DNA from: Prorocentrum cordatum
Taxonomy: Eukaryota
NCBI GenBank assembly: GCA_963575745.1
Contig: CAUYUJ010000026.1
Location: forward strand, 620,001-671,512
Length of the DNA: 51,512 bases
Direction: 5' to 3'
The position numbers and the translations under genes were made by a program. The notes below the pieces were generated by a model that worked only from the letters and a program-made list of their open reading frames with translations, did no database searches and was not told where the DNA came from. This document shows, piece after piece, positions 12,459-24,720 of the stretch; the first letter of the stretch is position 1; every line of letters begins with the position of its first letter.

Positions 12459-14040
12459 ATGACTGCAGAACTGGAAGGCCCACGTGCCCACGTGCTTCGC
12501 CCACCGGCTGAGGCAGCGGCGCTTCGGCGAGAGCGCGGACTTGCCCAACCCCACGTCGACCCCAATCTACGACATCCTGCTACGTGCGGGGAGTTCATTG
12601 GGGAGCTCCTGGGCAGGGGCATGCTGCGCCTCTCTCCTGCCCGCGGTCGGCGCGGGCTCCTGGGAGTCTTCGTGGTCGCCGAGAAGTCAGGCCCGCAGCG
12701 GCTCATCTTCGACGCGCGCGTCTGCTATACACGGTTCAAACCACCTCCCTGCGCCGAGCTGCCCAGCGGCAGCGCGTTCGCCCGCGCGGAGACGCAGGGC
12801 AGCGGCGATTCCTGGTTCAGCAGCGGCGATATCTCGAACGCCTTCTACACTATGCCGGTCACCGAGGACCTCTGCGAGTTCTTCTCTCTGCCGCTTGTTC
12901 GCGCCGGGCTTGTTGGTGTGTCTCAGCTGGGCGGCGTCGCGACCAGCGCTCCGAGTTGGTTACTCCCTGAGCTCGCGATCCCCCCCATAGGCTGGTCCTG
13001 GTCTCTGCGCGTGTGCAAGTGCGCCCCGGAGGCCGCGCTCTCCTGGGCGCGCATCGCCCCCGCGCAGCAGGTGCGAGACCGCAGCCGGGGCGTCGTCCTG
13101 GGGCCCAAGCCCCCTGCCGCTGGAGCCACCTACGCAGGCAACTACCTGGTGGCAGGGTCGCAGCGCCCCAAGACGCAGGCCGCGGCCAGCAAGGTCGAGC
13201 GCGAGCTGTCCTCCCTCGGCTATGTCGTCCACGATCAGGTCGAGGCCACGAGGGCGACTAGCTTCGCTGGGCTCGAGCTCGATGGGCATCGCGACTCAGC
13301 GCGAATCTCTGCACGGCGTGCCTGGCGATCCCGACATGCGATCGAGAAGTTCCTCCGCCGCCCGAAGGTCCGCGGGCCCTTCCTGGAGACGGTCGTCGGC
13401 CACTGGGTCATGCTGCTCAAGAGGTGCTCCTTGGCGATCTTCGGCGCTGCGTGCGCCTTCATCCTGGCCTCGCCGCCGAGGGGCTGCCGCTTTGGCCCTC
13501 GGCGCGGCGCGAACTGTGGCAGGTGCGTTCGCCATTGCCCTTCTTCGTCGTCTTCGCCAATGCGGACTGGCACGACGAGATCGCGGCCAGCGATGCGTCG
13601 GGCCGGGGCCGCGGGGTGCGCCGCCGCCGCTACTGCCGCGAGGCGGCGGCCGAGGTCGGGCGCACCGCGGGGAGATGACAGTGCATCTTCGAGGAGTCGG
13701 CCCGCGCCCGCGAGCACGCCTTGGGGGGTGCTGACGCTGCTGCGCGACCCCGGGAGGCCGCCGTCGGACGAGGCGAAGGACTGGGACAAGTCGTTCGGCG
13801 AGGTCGACCCCGCCCCCTTCACCCGGGAGGGCTTGGCAATCGCGCGCGCCTTCCCCGGAACGGACTCCTTCGCCATCTGCCGCGCCGAGGGGCTCGCCGT
13901 CGCGCCCGCCCTGCGCCCCCAGCTCAGGGCCGCCGACGCCTTCGGGAAGAGGATCGCGTGCCTCGTCGACAACATGTCGCTCGCACTCGCGATCGGCAAT
14001 GGCCGTTGCTCTCCACCGCAGCAGCGCGGCCTTGCCTACA
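12459..14040 (+). pseudogene. Reverse transcriptase + RNase H of the YR retrotransposon (degenerate, frameshifted)
   Basis: GVFVVAEKSGPQRLIFDAR, GDISNAFY, PIGWSWS and YAGN (13131-13142, expected YVDN). RNase H ASDAS (~13587) is in another frame, followed by LVDNMSLALAIGNGR. Confidence 0.85.
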
Positions 14041-14249
14041 TCAGGGGGGTTGATGGCGAGGTGGCTGATGCCCTGGGCGATCGCCCCCGCGTTCGACGCG
14101 GCGTCGGCGGGGAAGCGAGGCCGAGCGGCCAGGCCCCTGATGCCGACGGGGCGGGCACCTCAGCTCCTGCCCGCCCCCCTGGCTGCTGGAGAGGGCATCC
14201 TGACCGCTCCTGTCCCGCAGTCGGCGGCCGCCCGCCAGCGGGGGCCCCT

Positions 14250-15197
14250 GCTGGGAAGCCTCCTGATTGGCTTCGCCTGCCTCGGGCAGCTGGCCGACTA
14301 CCAGAGAAGGGCCGGCGCCTTCATCGGATGGTGCTCGCAGCCCCACCCAGACTGGGACAACTGGGAGCAGCTGGACACGACCATGGCGACTTACTTTGAC
14401 CACCTGTACTTCCTGGCCGCGCTGAAGTTCTTTCTGCCGCCGATCGGCCGCCGTGGAGACCAGACGTTGCGCCGCGCCTTCCGCAGCCTTGCGAAGCGGG
14501 GGAAGTGCGCCCCCCGCAGGATGCGCGCGCCGCTACCTTGGTCGCTGGCGGCCGCGCTGCCAGGCGCGATGCTCCACCGTGGCCAGGTCCGGCAGACGAT
14601 CGCGATGATCATGAGCTTCGCCAGCCACCTCCGGCCGCCCGAGTGCGACCCGCTGACGGCCACGCAGGTCGCCCCCCCGTCGCGGCGGGCTCCGAGGGCT
14701 CGTGGCTCGCCGCCCTGCTGATCTATCCAGGCGAGCTGGGCCGACCGGGGAGGACGAGCCTCTGGGACATCACAGTGGTGATCGACACCTTCGCGTTCCT
14801 CGCCCCAGCTCTCCTCGGGCTGAAACGGCGAGCTCCGTCGGGGAGGTCACGGCTCTGGCCCTTCCCTCCCGCCTCGCTCGGCCGGAGCATGAGTGGAGCG
14901 GCCTGCGCTCTTGGGCCGAGTGCCTTCCCCGTCCTCGCCTGCAAGCTGCGACGCGGGGGAGCGTCATACGACCTCCGGTCGACGAGGCGGGCCGCCCTCG
15001 ACGTCCAGCAGCGCGGAGGGTGGGCCCCCGACAAGAGCTTCAGGCGCTGCGCGAAGCAGGCTCGGATCATCACCGAGCTCCAGCGCGTGGGCCCGCAGGT
15101 GGTCGCCTTCGGCCAGGTCGTGGACGCCGCGCTGCCTCGCGTCTTCACGCACGGGACGCCACTGCCCGCGCCGTGCCTGACCTCGAGCGGGCGGTAG
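14250..15197 (+). pseudogene. Tyrosine recombinase of the retrotransposon (catalytic residues mutated, frameshifted)
   Basis: HLRPPE (14626, expected YLRPxE), CKLRRGGAS (14940, expected YxLRHGGAS) and RGGW....SFRRCAK (expected RRY). Confidence 0.8.
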
Positions 15198-15299
15198 AGC
15201 TCGCTGGACCCATCGAGTGGGGCCCGTCGGCCACTTCCAGTCGTCGGCACCTCCTCAGTGAACTTCATGACAGATTCAGACGTCAGAAGGGTTCCCCTC

Positions 15300-16020
15300 G
15301 AACCGCCGCCCTGAAGCTGTTCGCCGGGACGGGCCGCCTGTCGACGGCGCTGCGGCGCCGAGGCATCGCCGCGTTGCCGATGGATTTCGCTTCTAAGCGT
15401 TGGTTCGATCTCGAGCATCCTACCGTCCGTCGGACCCTCCGTCGATGGGTGCGGGTCGGCGTGGCCTCAGCTGTCCGGGTAGCCCTGCCGTGCAGCTCCT
15501 GGAGCCAGGCCCGCCACGGACCGCCGGGGTTGGGGGCTGCCCGATCTGGGTGCCAGGCCGCAGGTGGCCGTCGACCTTGGGAACCAGCAGCTCAGGTTCG
15601 TCCTTGGCCTCATCGCTCTCTGCCGCTCGCTTGGAGTCCTAATCAACCTCTCGAACCCGGGGTGCTCGTGGGTTTGGTCTACACCGGCGCTGCAGGCCCT
15701 GCTCGGGGCCCAGGACGCCAAGTCGTTCAACCTTGACATGTGTGCGTTTGGGGCCCGTTGGAGGAAGCACACCCGCGTGGGCTGCTGGGCTCTTCACCAC
15801 CCTGAGGTTTCCGTGAAGCCCCGCAGCAGTTGTAGAGAAGGTTTTTTTCCAGGAAGGCCCCACATAGTCCTCTCTATCCTCGACCCCGTTTCTGGTATCT
15901 TTTGGACTCGCCTCGCCGAGCCGTATCCCGTTAAGTTTTGCAGCTGCTTCTCTGGTCTAATTGCGAGGTATACGGGGAATCAGGGCTTCGAACGCATGGT
16001 GACCTTAGCTTGTCCGATCT
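15300..16020 (+). pseudogene. C5 cytosine DNA methyltransferase domain carried by the retrotransposon (frameshifted)
   Basis: Motif I LKLFAGTG (15311-15334), motif IV LPCSSWS (15485-15505), then after a frameshift SNP (for ENP), DMCAFGARWRKHTR and AEPYP..FC (ORF 15564). Confidence 0.8.
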
Positions 16021-16089
16021 CTGCAGGATACTCTACTCCTGCTCACGTTTTGCAGTTTAAGTTTCTGTCTTATCGGCGCCGTTTTTCGT

Positions 16090-16544
16090 CGCCACTCCTC
16101 CTCTCGGGCTCGGGTTTCCTCCTCGGTGTTGCGTGGGTGCGTTGGGTCCTCCTCCTTCCTCTCTCTTCTGTGGGTCTCGCTCGCTCGCCGGTGCGCCCTT
16201 CGGTGGAATCGCCCAGGACGCCCGCCACACAGAAATGTTGGGGTGGCCTGAGGTGTAGCTGGAGATGGCCGTGTCTTGCACCTCTCATTTCAGGTGTAAC
16301 CGAGGGCCGTCGGTGTCGCGCCGATGAGCCGCAGCCGCGTCGGCTCGAGTCTTTTTTCTAGCCCGCCCTCCTCTCCGTCTTCTCTTTCCTCCTTGGTGTT
16401 GTGTGGGTGCGCTGGGTCCTCCTCATTCCTCTTCTGTCCTCTGTGCGTCTCGCTCGCTCGCTCGCCGGTGCGCCCTTCGGTGGAATCGCCCAGGACGCCC
16501 GCCACACAGAAATGTTGAGGTGGCCTCGGGTGTAGCTGGAGATG
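16090..16544 (+). repeat. Terminal B1-A2-B2 block of split direct repeats
   Basis: ctcgctcgccggtgcgcccttcggtggaatcgcccaggacgcccgccacacagaaatgttg.ggtggcct..ggtgtagctggagatg occurs twice (ending ~16267 and ~16544), bracketing the A2 copy. Confidence 0.9.
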
Positions 16545-16885
16545 ATGATGAAGAGGAGGAGGAGGATGCGAAGGTGGAGTGGTAAAGCGAAGGGCAGGCT
16601 AATGAGTAGGAGTCTGGTGAGGGGGCGGAGAGGGACGACTGGACTGTCGCTTCGGGGGGTGTTAATGATTTGCCCAGGCGGCTTGGGCTGAGAGGGCCAG
16701 CGACCTTCTGGGGTAGCCGATGTCCCGCCCAGTCCACGAAAACCCCCGCATGGGCACGGGACCTTTTTCTGGCGGAGGCCAGCGGAAGGTAGAAGGTGGG
16801 TGCGGAGCAGGGGCGGACTGCTGCGGAAGCAGGAAGTAAGACGATGTGAACCACCACTATCACGGGTAGGACAGGGCAGAAAGGA

Positions 16886-16985
16886 NNNNNNNNNNNNNNN
16901 NNNNNNNNNNNNNNNNNNNNNNNNNNNNNNNNNNNNNNNNNNNNNNNNNNNNNNNNNNNNNNNNNNNNNNNNNNNNNNNNNNNNN
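16886..16985. other. Assembly gap (100 N)
   Basis: Run of N. Confidence 1.
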
Positions 16986-17169
16986 TACTCCAGATTTCGT
17001 AATAAAAGGGAGGGGGTCTGGACCCTCCAAGACAAGCCATCTCAGACCCCCCCCCGTGGGAGAACCCTCCAAAACATCGTCCCCAGACCCCCCCAGGCCC
17101 TCCAAGATAGCCTGGAGGAGACCCCCCCCGAAATGAGACCCCCCTCCCTTTATTACGGAATCTGGAGTA
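16986..17169 (+). mobile_element. TA-flanked MITE (Tc1/mariner-type ends), copy 1
   Basis: TA-ctccagatttcgtaataaaagggagggggtct ... agacccccctccctttattacggaatctggag-TA: ~30-bp TIRs. The left end abuts the gap. Confidence 0.8.
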
Positions 17170-17522
17170 CCCAGGGTGGAGCCGAGCAGGGGTCCTGGGA
17201 CCGACTCTGAGCGGATGTGGTGGGTTCCCGCCGCGTTGGCGTGGCGGCGCCCCTTGCGCGGGCGCCCAAGTTCGAGCGTCGCTGGTTGCCCAGCGTCGGC
17301 CGGCGTCGAGCGATTCCCGCTATCGAGGATCTGTGATCGGTCAAGCTTGAACGATGCACGCGGCGTCAGGGTGCAACGCCGACCGTCGTCACTACGTGAA
17401 GTTGTCCTGTGCGCAATATTCCTTGCATCCTGGTCTTCCGATACGTACACACAGCCAGGCACCCTATGCTCATGGTTATGACGAAATATGTGTTTCTCTC
17501 TATGTATATAGATACTCATATG

Positions 17523-17559
<37 letters not shown>

Positions 17560-17560
<1 letters not shown>

Positions 17561-18421
17561 AGGGCCCCGGGGCGGTGCCTGTCATCTCCATGGGGTGTGC
17601 AGGGCGCCCCCGGGAGCGTCCGAAGCGTCCCGGAGGGCCCCTGGGACCGCCAGGAACAGATCGAGACCGCCCAAGACGGCCCGCGAGCGCTCCAAGACGC
17701 GCATAGATAGCCTCAGGAATGGCCAGGAAGCCCCGAAGACGTTCCAAGAGAGCTCCATGAGGCCCCGAAGGCATCCCAAGAGGCCTCCCAAGAGAGCCCC
17801 GACAAGCCAAAATCGTTGATTAGTATAGTTTTTTTTCGAGGTTGTTGGCCTTCTCGCTTTTTCGGGGTTCCGACGCTCCAAGGCCGCCCAAGAGTCTCCC
17901 AAGACCGCTTCAAGACGGCCGAAGAGGCCCCCAAGACCGCCCCAAGACGGCCCAAGAGACCCCCAAAATCGTCCCACGACGGCCCAGGAGAGCCCCAAGA
18001 TGGCCCAGGAGCCGCCCAAGACGGTTCCAGGAGTGCCCCGACAGGGCTTCAAGACTGCCTAAGCGAGCCCAGCGGTCCCCAAGAGGGCCCCGCGAGGCCC
18101 CAAGAGGCCCCAAAGAGGCCCCCAAGAGCCTCCCCGAAGGCCCCCAGAGGCCCCCAAGATGCCCAAAATGGCCCTGAGCGCGCCCCAAGACGCCTCCAGG
18201 AGAGCCCCACAGGCCTCCGAGAGGCCCCCAAGAGGCCCACTGGAGGCCCTCAGGAGGTCGTCCCCATCATGTTCCCGGAAGGCGGTCCGGGAACATGATT
18301 CCGCGCTTTGGAGGAGTATTCTGCGCTTTCCGAGGCGCCTTCCGAGGCGCCCTGGACGACGTACGTATGTTTCTATGCATTGTCCATCTCCTGTATACAC
18401 AATCCTACATGTCTTTCGTAT

Positions 18422-18456
<35 letters not shown>

Positions 18457-18474
18457 TTTTATATATGTATGTGA

Positions 18475-18505
<31 letters not shown>

Positions 18506-21060
18506 TGTATGTATGTATGTATGTATGTATGTATGTATGTATGTATGTATGTATGTATGTATGTATGTATGTATATCCTTATACACACACCTCCCCCAAG
18601 CCCTCCCGAGTCGTGCCACTTCCTTCCACATGTTTCAATTTCTTCCCTATATATTTATATGTATGTATATATATATATGTATATATATACATATATATAT
18701 ATATGTGTGTGTGTACGCCCCAAGACGCCTCCAGGAGAGCCCAGTAGGACTCCGAGAGGCCCCCAAGAGGCCCACTGGAGGCCCTCAGGAGGTCGTCCCC
18801 ATCATGTTCCCGGAAGGCGGTCCGGGAACATGATTCCGCGCCTTGGAGGAGTATTCTGCGCTTTCCGAGGCGCCTTCCGAGGCGCCTTGGACGACGTACG
18901 TATGTTTCTATAGATTGTCCTTCTCCTGTGTACACAATCGTACATGTCTTACGTATGTTTCTATATATATATATGTATATATACATAATATATATATATA
19001 TATATATATATAAGAGGCCCACTGGAGGCCCTCAGGAGGTCGTCCCCATCATGTTCCCGGAAGGCGGTCCGGGAACATGATTCCGCGCTTTGGAGGAGTA
19101 TTTTGCGCTTTCCGAGGCGCCTGCCGAGGCGCCTTGGACGACGTACGTATGTTTCTATAGATTGTCCTTCTCCTGTGTACACAATCCTACATGTCTTACG
19201 TATGTTTCTCTCTCTCATTCTCTCTCTCTCTCTATATATATATGTATACATACATATACATATGCGTGTGTGTATATATATATAGATATATACATACCCC
19301 TGCCCAAGCCCTGCCGAGTCGTGCCACTTCCTTCCACGTATTTCAACTTTTTCCGTATGCATATTTATATTTATATATATATATACAGATATATGTGTGT
19401 AGCCGTCCAAGAGTCCCCCACGACCGCTCCAAGACGGCCGAGGAGGCCCCCAAGACCGCCCCAAGACGGCCCAAAAGACCCCCAAAATCGTCCCAAGACG
19501 GCCCAGGAGAGCTCCAAGATGGCCCAGGAGCCGCCCAAAACGGTTCCAGGAGAGCCCCGACAGGGCTTCAAAACTGCATAAGCGAGCCCAGCGTGCCCCA
19601 AGAGGGCCCCGCGAGGCCCCAAGAGGCCCCAAAGAGGCCCCCAAGAGCCTCCCTGGAGGCCCCCGAGAGGCCCCCGAGATGTTCCAAAATTGCCCCGAGC
19701 GCGCCCCAAGACGTTTCCAGGAGAGCCCCACAGGCCTCCGAGAGGCCCCCAAGAGGCCCACTGGAGGCCCTCAGGAGGTCGTCCCCATCATGTTCCCGGC
19801 AGGCGGTCCGGGAACATGATTCCGCGCTTTGGAGGAGTATTCTGGGCCTTCCGAGGCGCCTTCCGAGGCGCCTTGGACGACGTACTACGTTTCTATAGCT
19901 TGTCCTTCTCCTGTGTACACAATCCTACACGTCTTACGTATGTTTCCATATATATATATATATGTATGTATGCATGTATGCATGCATGCATGCATGCATG
20001 CATGCATGCATGTATGTAATGTATGTATGTATGTATGTATGTATGTATGTATGTATGTATGTATGTATGTATGTATGTATGCATGCATGCATGCATGCAT
20101 GAATGCATGCATGCATGCATGTATGTATGTATGTATGTATGTATGTATGTATGTATGTATGTATGTATGTATATTATATTATATATACATGGTGTGCGCG
20201 TACAAATGTAATCATATATATATTATATATATATAGAGTCTATATATAATTGACCGGAGTCGGGCCCGGGGGCGGCCTGGGGCGGTGCCTGTAATCTCCA
20301 TGGGGGGTGCAGGGCGCCCCCGGGAGCGTCCGAAGCGTCCCGGAGGGCCCCTGGGACCGCCAGGAACAGATCGAGACCGCCGAAAACGGCCCGCGAGCGC
20401 TCCAAGACGCGTATAGATAGCTTCAGGAATGGCCAGGAAGCCCCGAAGACGTTCCAAGAGAGCTCCATGAGGCCCCGAAGGCATCCCAAGAGGCCTCCCA
20501 AGAGGGCCGCGACAAGCCAAAATCGTTGATTTTTATTGTTTCTTTCGAGATTTTGGGCCTTCTCGCTTTTTCAGGGTTCCGACGCTCCAAGACCGTCCAA
20601 GAGTCTCCCAAAACCGCTCCAAGACGGCCGAAGTGGCCCCCAAGACCGCCCCAAGACGGCCCAAGCGACCCCCCAAATCGTCCCAAGACGGCCCAGGAGA
20701 GCCCCAAGATGGCCCAGGAGCCGCCCAAGACGGTTCCAGGAGAGCCCCGACATGGCTTCAAGACTGCCTAAGCGAGCCCAGCGGGCCCCAAGAGGGCCCC
20801 GCGAGGCCCCAAGAGGCCCCAAACAGGCCCCCAAGAGCCTCCCTGGAGGCCCCCAAGAGGCCCCCAAGATGCCCAAAAATGGTCCCGAGCGCGCCCCAAG
20901 ACGCCTCCAGGAGCCCAACAGGCCTCCGAGAGGCCCCCAAGAGGCCCACTGGAGGCCCTCAGGAGGTCGTCCCCATCATGTTCCCGGAAGGCGGTCCGGG
21001 AACATGATTCCACGCCTTGGAGGAGGATTCTGCGCCTTCCGAGGCGCCTTGGACGAAGTA
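17560..21060 (+). repeat. Cluster of CCAAGA-rich dispersed repeat copies interleaved with (TA)n/(TATG)n/(CATG)n microsatellites
   Basis: Near-identical units at ~17570-18420 and ~20280-21060, partial at ~19400-19950. The module aggcccactggaggccctcaggaggtcgtccccatcatgttcccgg recurs five times. Confidence 0.85.
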
Positions 21061-21289
21061 CGATTCATATTCTTGAACGCTTTCCGGGAACATGATTTCT
21101 CACCATTTCGGAACGCTTTCCTACTGCGGTGCTCTGGGGGGAAGGGACGGGGGTCCGGGAACATGATCAGGAGGTTAGGGAACGAGGGTGTGGAGAGGAG
21201 CAGTAGGACAGACGGACGGGGCCCGGGGGCGGGGGTGGGGTGGTGCCACCGGTTGGCATGGCCGCCCCGGGCGTCCTGTGGGGTCTACG

Positions 21290-22023
21290 AACCCGCGCAA
21301 GACGGCCCATGAGGCCCCAAAGACAGCCCAAGAGACCCGCAAGACAGCCTCAGCGAGGCCCAAGAGGGCCCCAAGACGCTCAAGAGCGCCCCAACAGCGC
21401 CCGAGATGGCTTGAAGATGGCCGAAGAGGGCCCCAAGAGGGTCTTCAAGAGGCAAACACCGGCCCATTCCTATTCGTAAAGCATGCATTTTCAGCATACT
21501 CGTTTGCTTGGTCCTCACAGTGCCCCAGACGCCCCCGAGCCCCAAGACAGCCCAAGAGAGACCCAAGAGGGCCAACGACGGCCCAAACGGGTCGTCCTGT
21601 GAGGCTCACGGACCCCCCCAAAGACGGCCCAAGAGGCCCCAAAGTTGGCCCAGGAGGCCCCCAAGACGGCCTCAGGAAGGCCCACGAGGGCCTCGTTCGA
21701 AATCATGTTCCCAGAAGCCTCTCCGGGAACATGATTTCCGGGTTTCTAGGACGCCCAAGAGGGCCCCAGGACGGCCCCAAAAGGGCCCTAAAAGGACCTT
21801 CAAAAAGGCCCGGATGGCCACAGTTCGTTGATTTGCGTGAGATGGTGTTGGATTTCTTCCGCGCGGAGGAGACGGAGAGGGCGAAGGAGGAGGAGGAGGA
21901 GGAGGAGGAGGAAGAGGAAAAGGAGGAGGAGGCAGGGAGGAGGAGTGGAGGGGAGGAGGGGGGGAGAGAGGAGGAGGCTCGAGGGCGATCGACGATCGGC
22001 GACGACGACCGGCGACGGTGATT

Positions 22024-22067
<44 letters not shown>

Positions 22068-23649
22068 TCACGACGACGACGATCGACGACGGTCGACGAC
22101 CGACGACGACGACGATCGACGACGATGACAATAGTCGACGGCGCCGATCGACGATCGACGGCGACGACGACGGCCACGCCGACGGCGGCGACGCTGCCCG
22201 CGTGACAGCCCAAGAGGCACACAGGACAGCTTCATCGAGGCCCCAGAGGGCCCCAAGACGTCCAAGAGCGCGTCAAGAGGGCCCGAGACGGCTTGAAGAT
22301 GGCCGAAGAGGGCCCCAAGAGGGCCTTCAAGAGGGAAAATGTTACCCATTCCTCGTGTAAAACGTACAATTTCAGCATACTCGCTTGCTTCGTCCTCAGA
22401 GTGGTCCCCGAGGAGCCCCCAGACAGCCCAAGACGGCCCCAACGGCCCCAAAGCCGGCCCAGGAGGCCCCCAAGACGGCCTCAGGGAGGCCCAAGAGGGC
22501 CTCGTTCGAAATCATGTTCCCAGAATGTTCTCCGGGAGCATGATTTCCGGGTTCCCAGGACGCCCAAAAGGGCCCCAGGACGGCCCCAAAAGGGCTTAAA
22601 ATGACATTCAAAAATTCCCAGAGGGCCACAGTTCGCTGATTGTCGCGAAATGTTGTTGGATTTCTTCCACGCGGATGAGACGGAGAGGGCGAAGGAGGAG
22701 GAGGAGGAGGAGGAGGAGGAGGAGGAGGAGGAGGGGGAGGAGGACGAGGAGAAGGAGAAGGACGAGGCGGGGAGGAGGAGTGGAGGGGAGGAGGGGGGGA
22801 GAGAGGAGGAGGAGGCTCGAGGGCGATCGACGATCGGAGACGACGACCAGCGACGGTGATTCACGACGACGACGACCACGACCACGACGACGACCGATGA
22901 CGATCGACGACGATGACAACAGTCGACGCCGCCGATCGATGATCGACGGCGACGACGACGACGGCCACGCCGACGGCGGCGACGCTGTCCGACAGCCTTA
23001 GCGAGGCCCAAGAGGGCCCCAAAGACGTCCAAGAGCGCCTCAAGAGGGCCCGAGATGGTTTGAAGCTGGCCGAAGAGGGCCTTCAAGAGGCAAAAATCGG
23101 CCCATTCCCGTTGTTCAACGTACGTTTTCCGCATACTCGTTTGCTTGGTCCTCACAGTGCCCCAGACGCCCCCGAGCCCCAAGACAGCCCAAGAGAGACC
23201 CAAGAGGGCCCAAGACGGCCCAAAAGGGTCGTCCTGTGAGGCTCACGGAACCCCCAAGACGGCCCAAGAGGCCCCAAAGCCGGCCCAGGAGGCTCCCAAC
23301 ACGGCCTCAGGGAGGCCCAAGAGGGCCTCGTTCGAAATCATATTCCCAGAAGCCTCTCCGGGAACATGATTTCCTGGTTCCCAGGACGCCGGGCCCTAAG
23401 ACGGCCCCAAAAAACCCCTAAACGGATCTTCGAAAAGGCCCGGAGGGCCATAGTTCGTTGATTTACGCGAGATGTTGTTGGATTTCTCCCGCGCGGAGGA
23501 GACGGAGAGGGCGAAGGAGGAGGAGGAGGAAGAGGAGAAGGAGGAGGAGGCGGGGAGGAGGAGTGGAGGGGAGGAGGGGGGGAGAGAGGAGGAGGCTCGA
23601 GGGCGATCGACGATCGGCGACGACGACCGGCGACGGTTATTGACGACGA

Positions 23650-23686
<37 letters not shown>

Positions 23687-24492
23687 CGACGACCGATGAC
23701 GACGACGATAGAAGACGATGACAACAGTCGACGTCGCCGATCGACGAACGACGGCGACGACGACGACGACGACGGCCACGCCGACGGCGGCGACGCTGTC
23801 CGCGTGCGCAGAACGACCCTGGACCCAGTCTTTTCTGCATCGTTCGAAATCCTGTCCCCGGAAGCGTCTCCGGGAACATGATTTCAGGAGGAGGAGGAGG
23901 AAGAGGAAGAGGAGGCATATTAGGAGGAGGAGGAGGAGGAGGAAGAGGAGGAGGAGGAGGAGGAGGAGGAGGAGGAGGAGAGGAGGATGAGTGGGCGGGA
24001 GGGCTCGGGGCCGATCGACGATCGGCGACGGTGATCGGCGACGGTGATTGTCGATGACGACGACGGTCGTCGACGGCGACGACCGACGACGACGACGATG
24101 GACGACGATGACAACAGTTGACGCCGCCGATCGGCGAACGGCGACGACGACGACGTCTTCACAATGCCACCCCGAGGACGGCCCAAGATGGACCCAAGAG
24201 AGACCCAAGAGAGCTACAAGCCAGCCCAAGAGAGCCCCAAAAGGCACCCAACAGAGCCACAACGGGGGCAAGCAGAGCTGCCTAAAGAGATTCTCGGGAG
24301 GCCTCTTCCGCAGCGTCCGAAATCATGTTCCCCGAAGCCTTTATCGGAGCATGATTTCGGGGTTCCCAGGGCGGCCCCGACAAGTCCTAGAAGGACGTTC
24401 GAGAAAAAAGAAGAAGAACAACCAGAGAAAAAAAGAAGAGAACAACAGAGAACAAACAACAGAGAAAAATAAAAATAAAAAAGAAAGGGAAA

Positions 24493-24526
<34 letters not shown>

Positions 24527-24600
24527 AAACCAGAGGGGTACAGTAACGTTGATTTCCGCGACATGTCGTTGGATTTCTTGCAGCGCGAAGCGGTGGAGGA
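21290..24600 (+). repeat. Degenerate tandem array of ~0.8-0.9 kb units (CCAAGA-rich + (GGA)n + (GAC)n)
   Basis: Recurring gttcgaaatcatgttcccagaa...ggaacatgattt, ttggatttcttccgcgcggaggagacggagagggcgaagg and ggccacgccgacggcggcgacgctg at ~0.8 kb spacing. Confidence 0.8.
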
Positions 24601-24680
24601 GGAAGGAGGAGGAAGAGGAAAAGGAGGAAGTGGGGAATGGACGAAGGGGGGGCGGGGGGGGGGGGGGGGGGGGCGGGGGG

Positions 24681-24720
<40 letters not shown>

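Larger units (their letters stand above)
9963..16544 (+). mobile_element. Tyrosine-recombinase (DIRS order, PAT/Ngaro-like) retrotransposon with split direct repeats and a C5-DNA-methyltransferase domain; degenerate
   Basis: A1-[gag, RT/RNaseH, YR, DNMT]-B1-A2-B2 layout: A1 ~9963-10058, B1 ~16090-16263, A2 ~16264-16359, B2 ~16361-16544. No TSD is visible. Confidence 0.9.
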
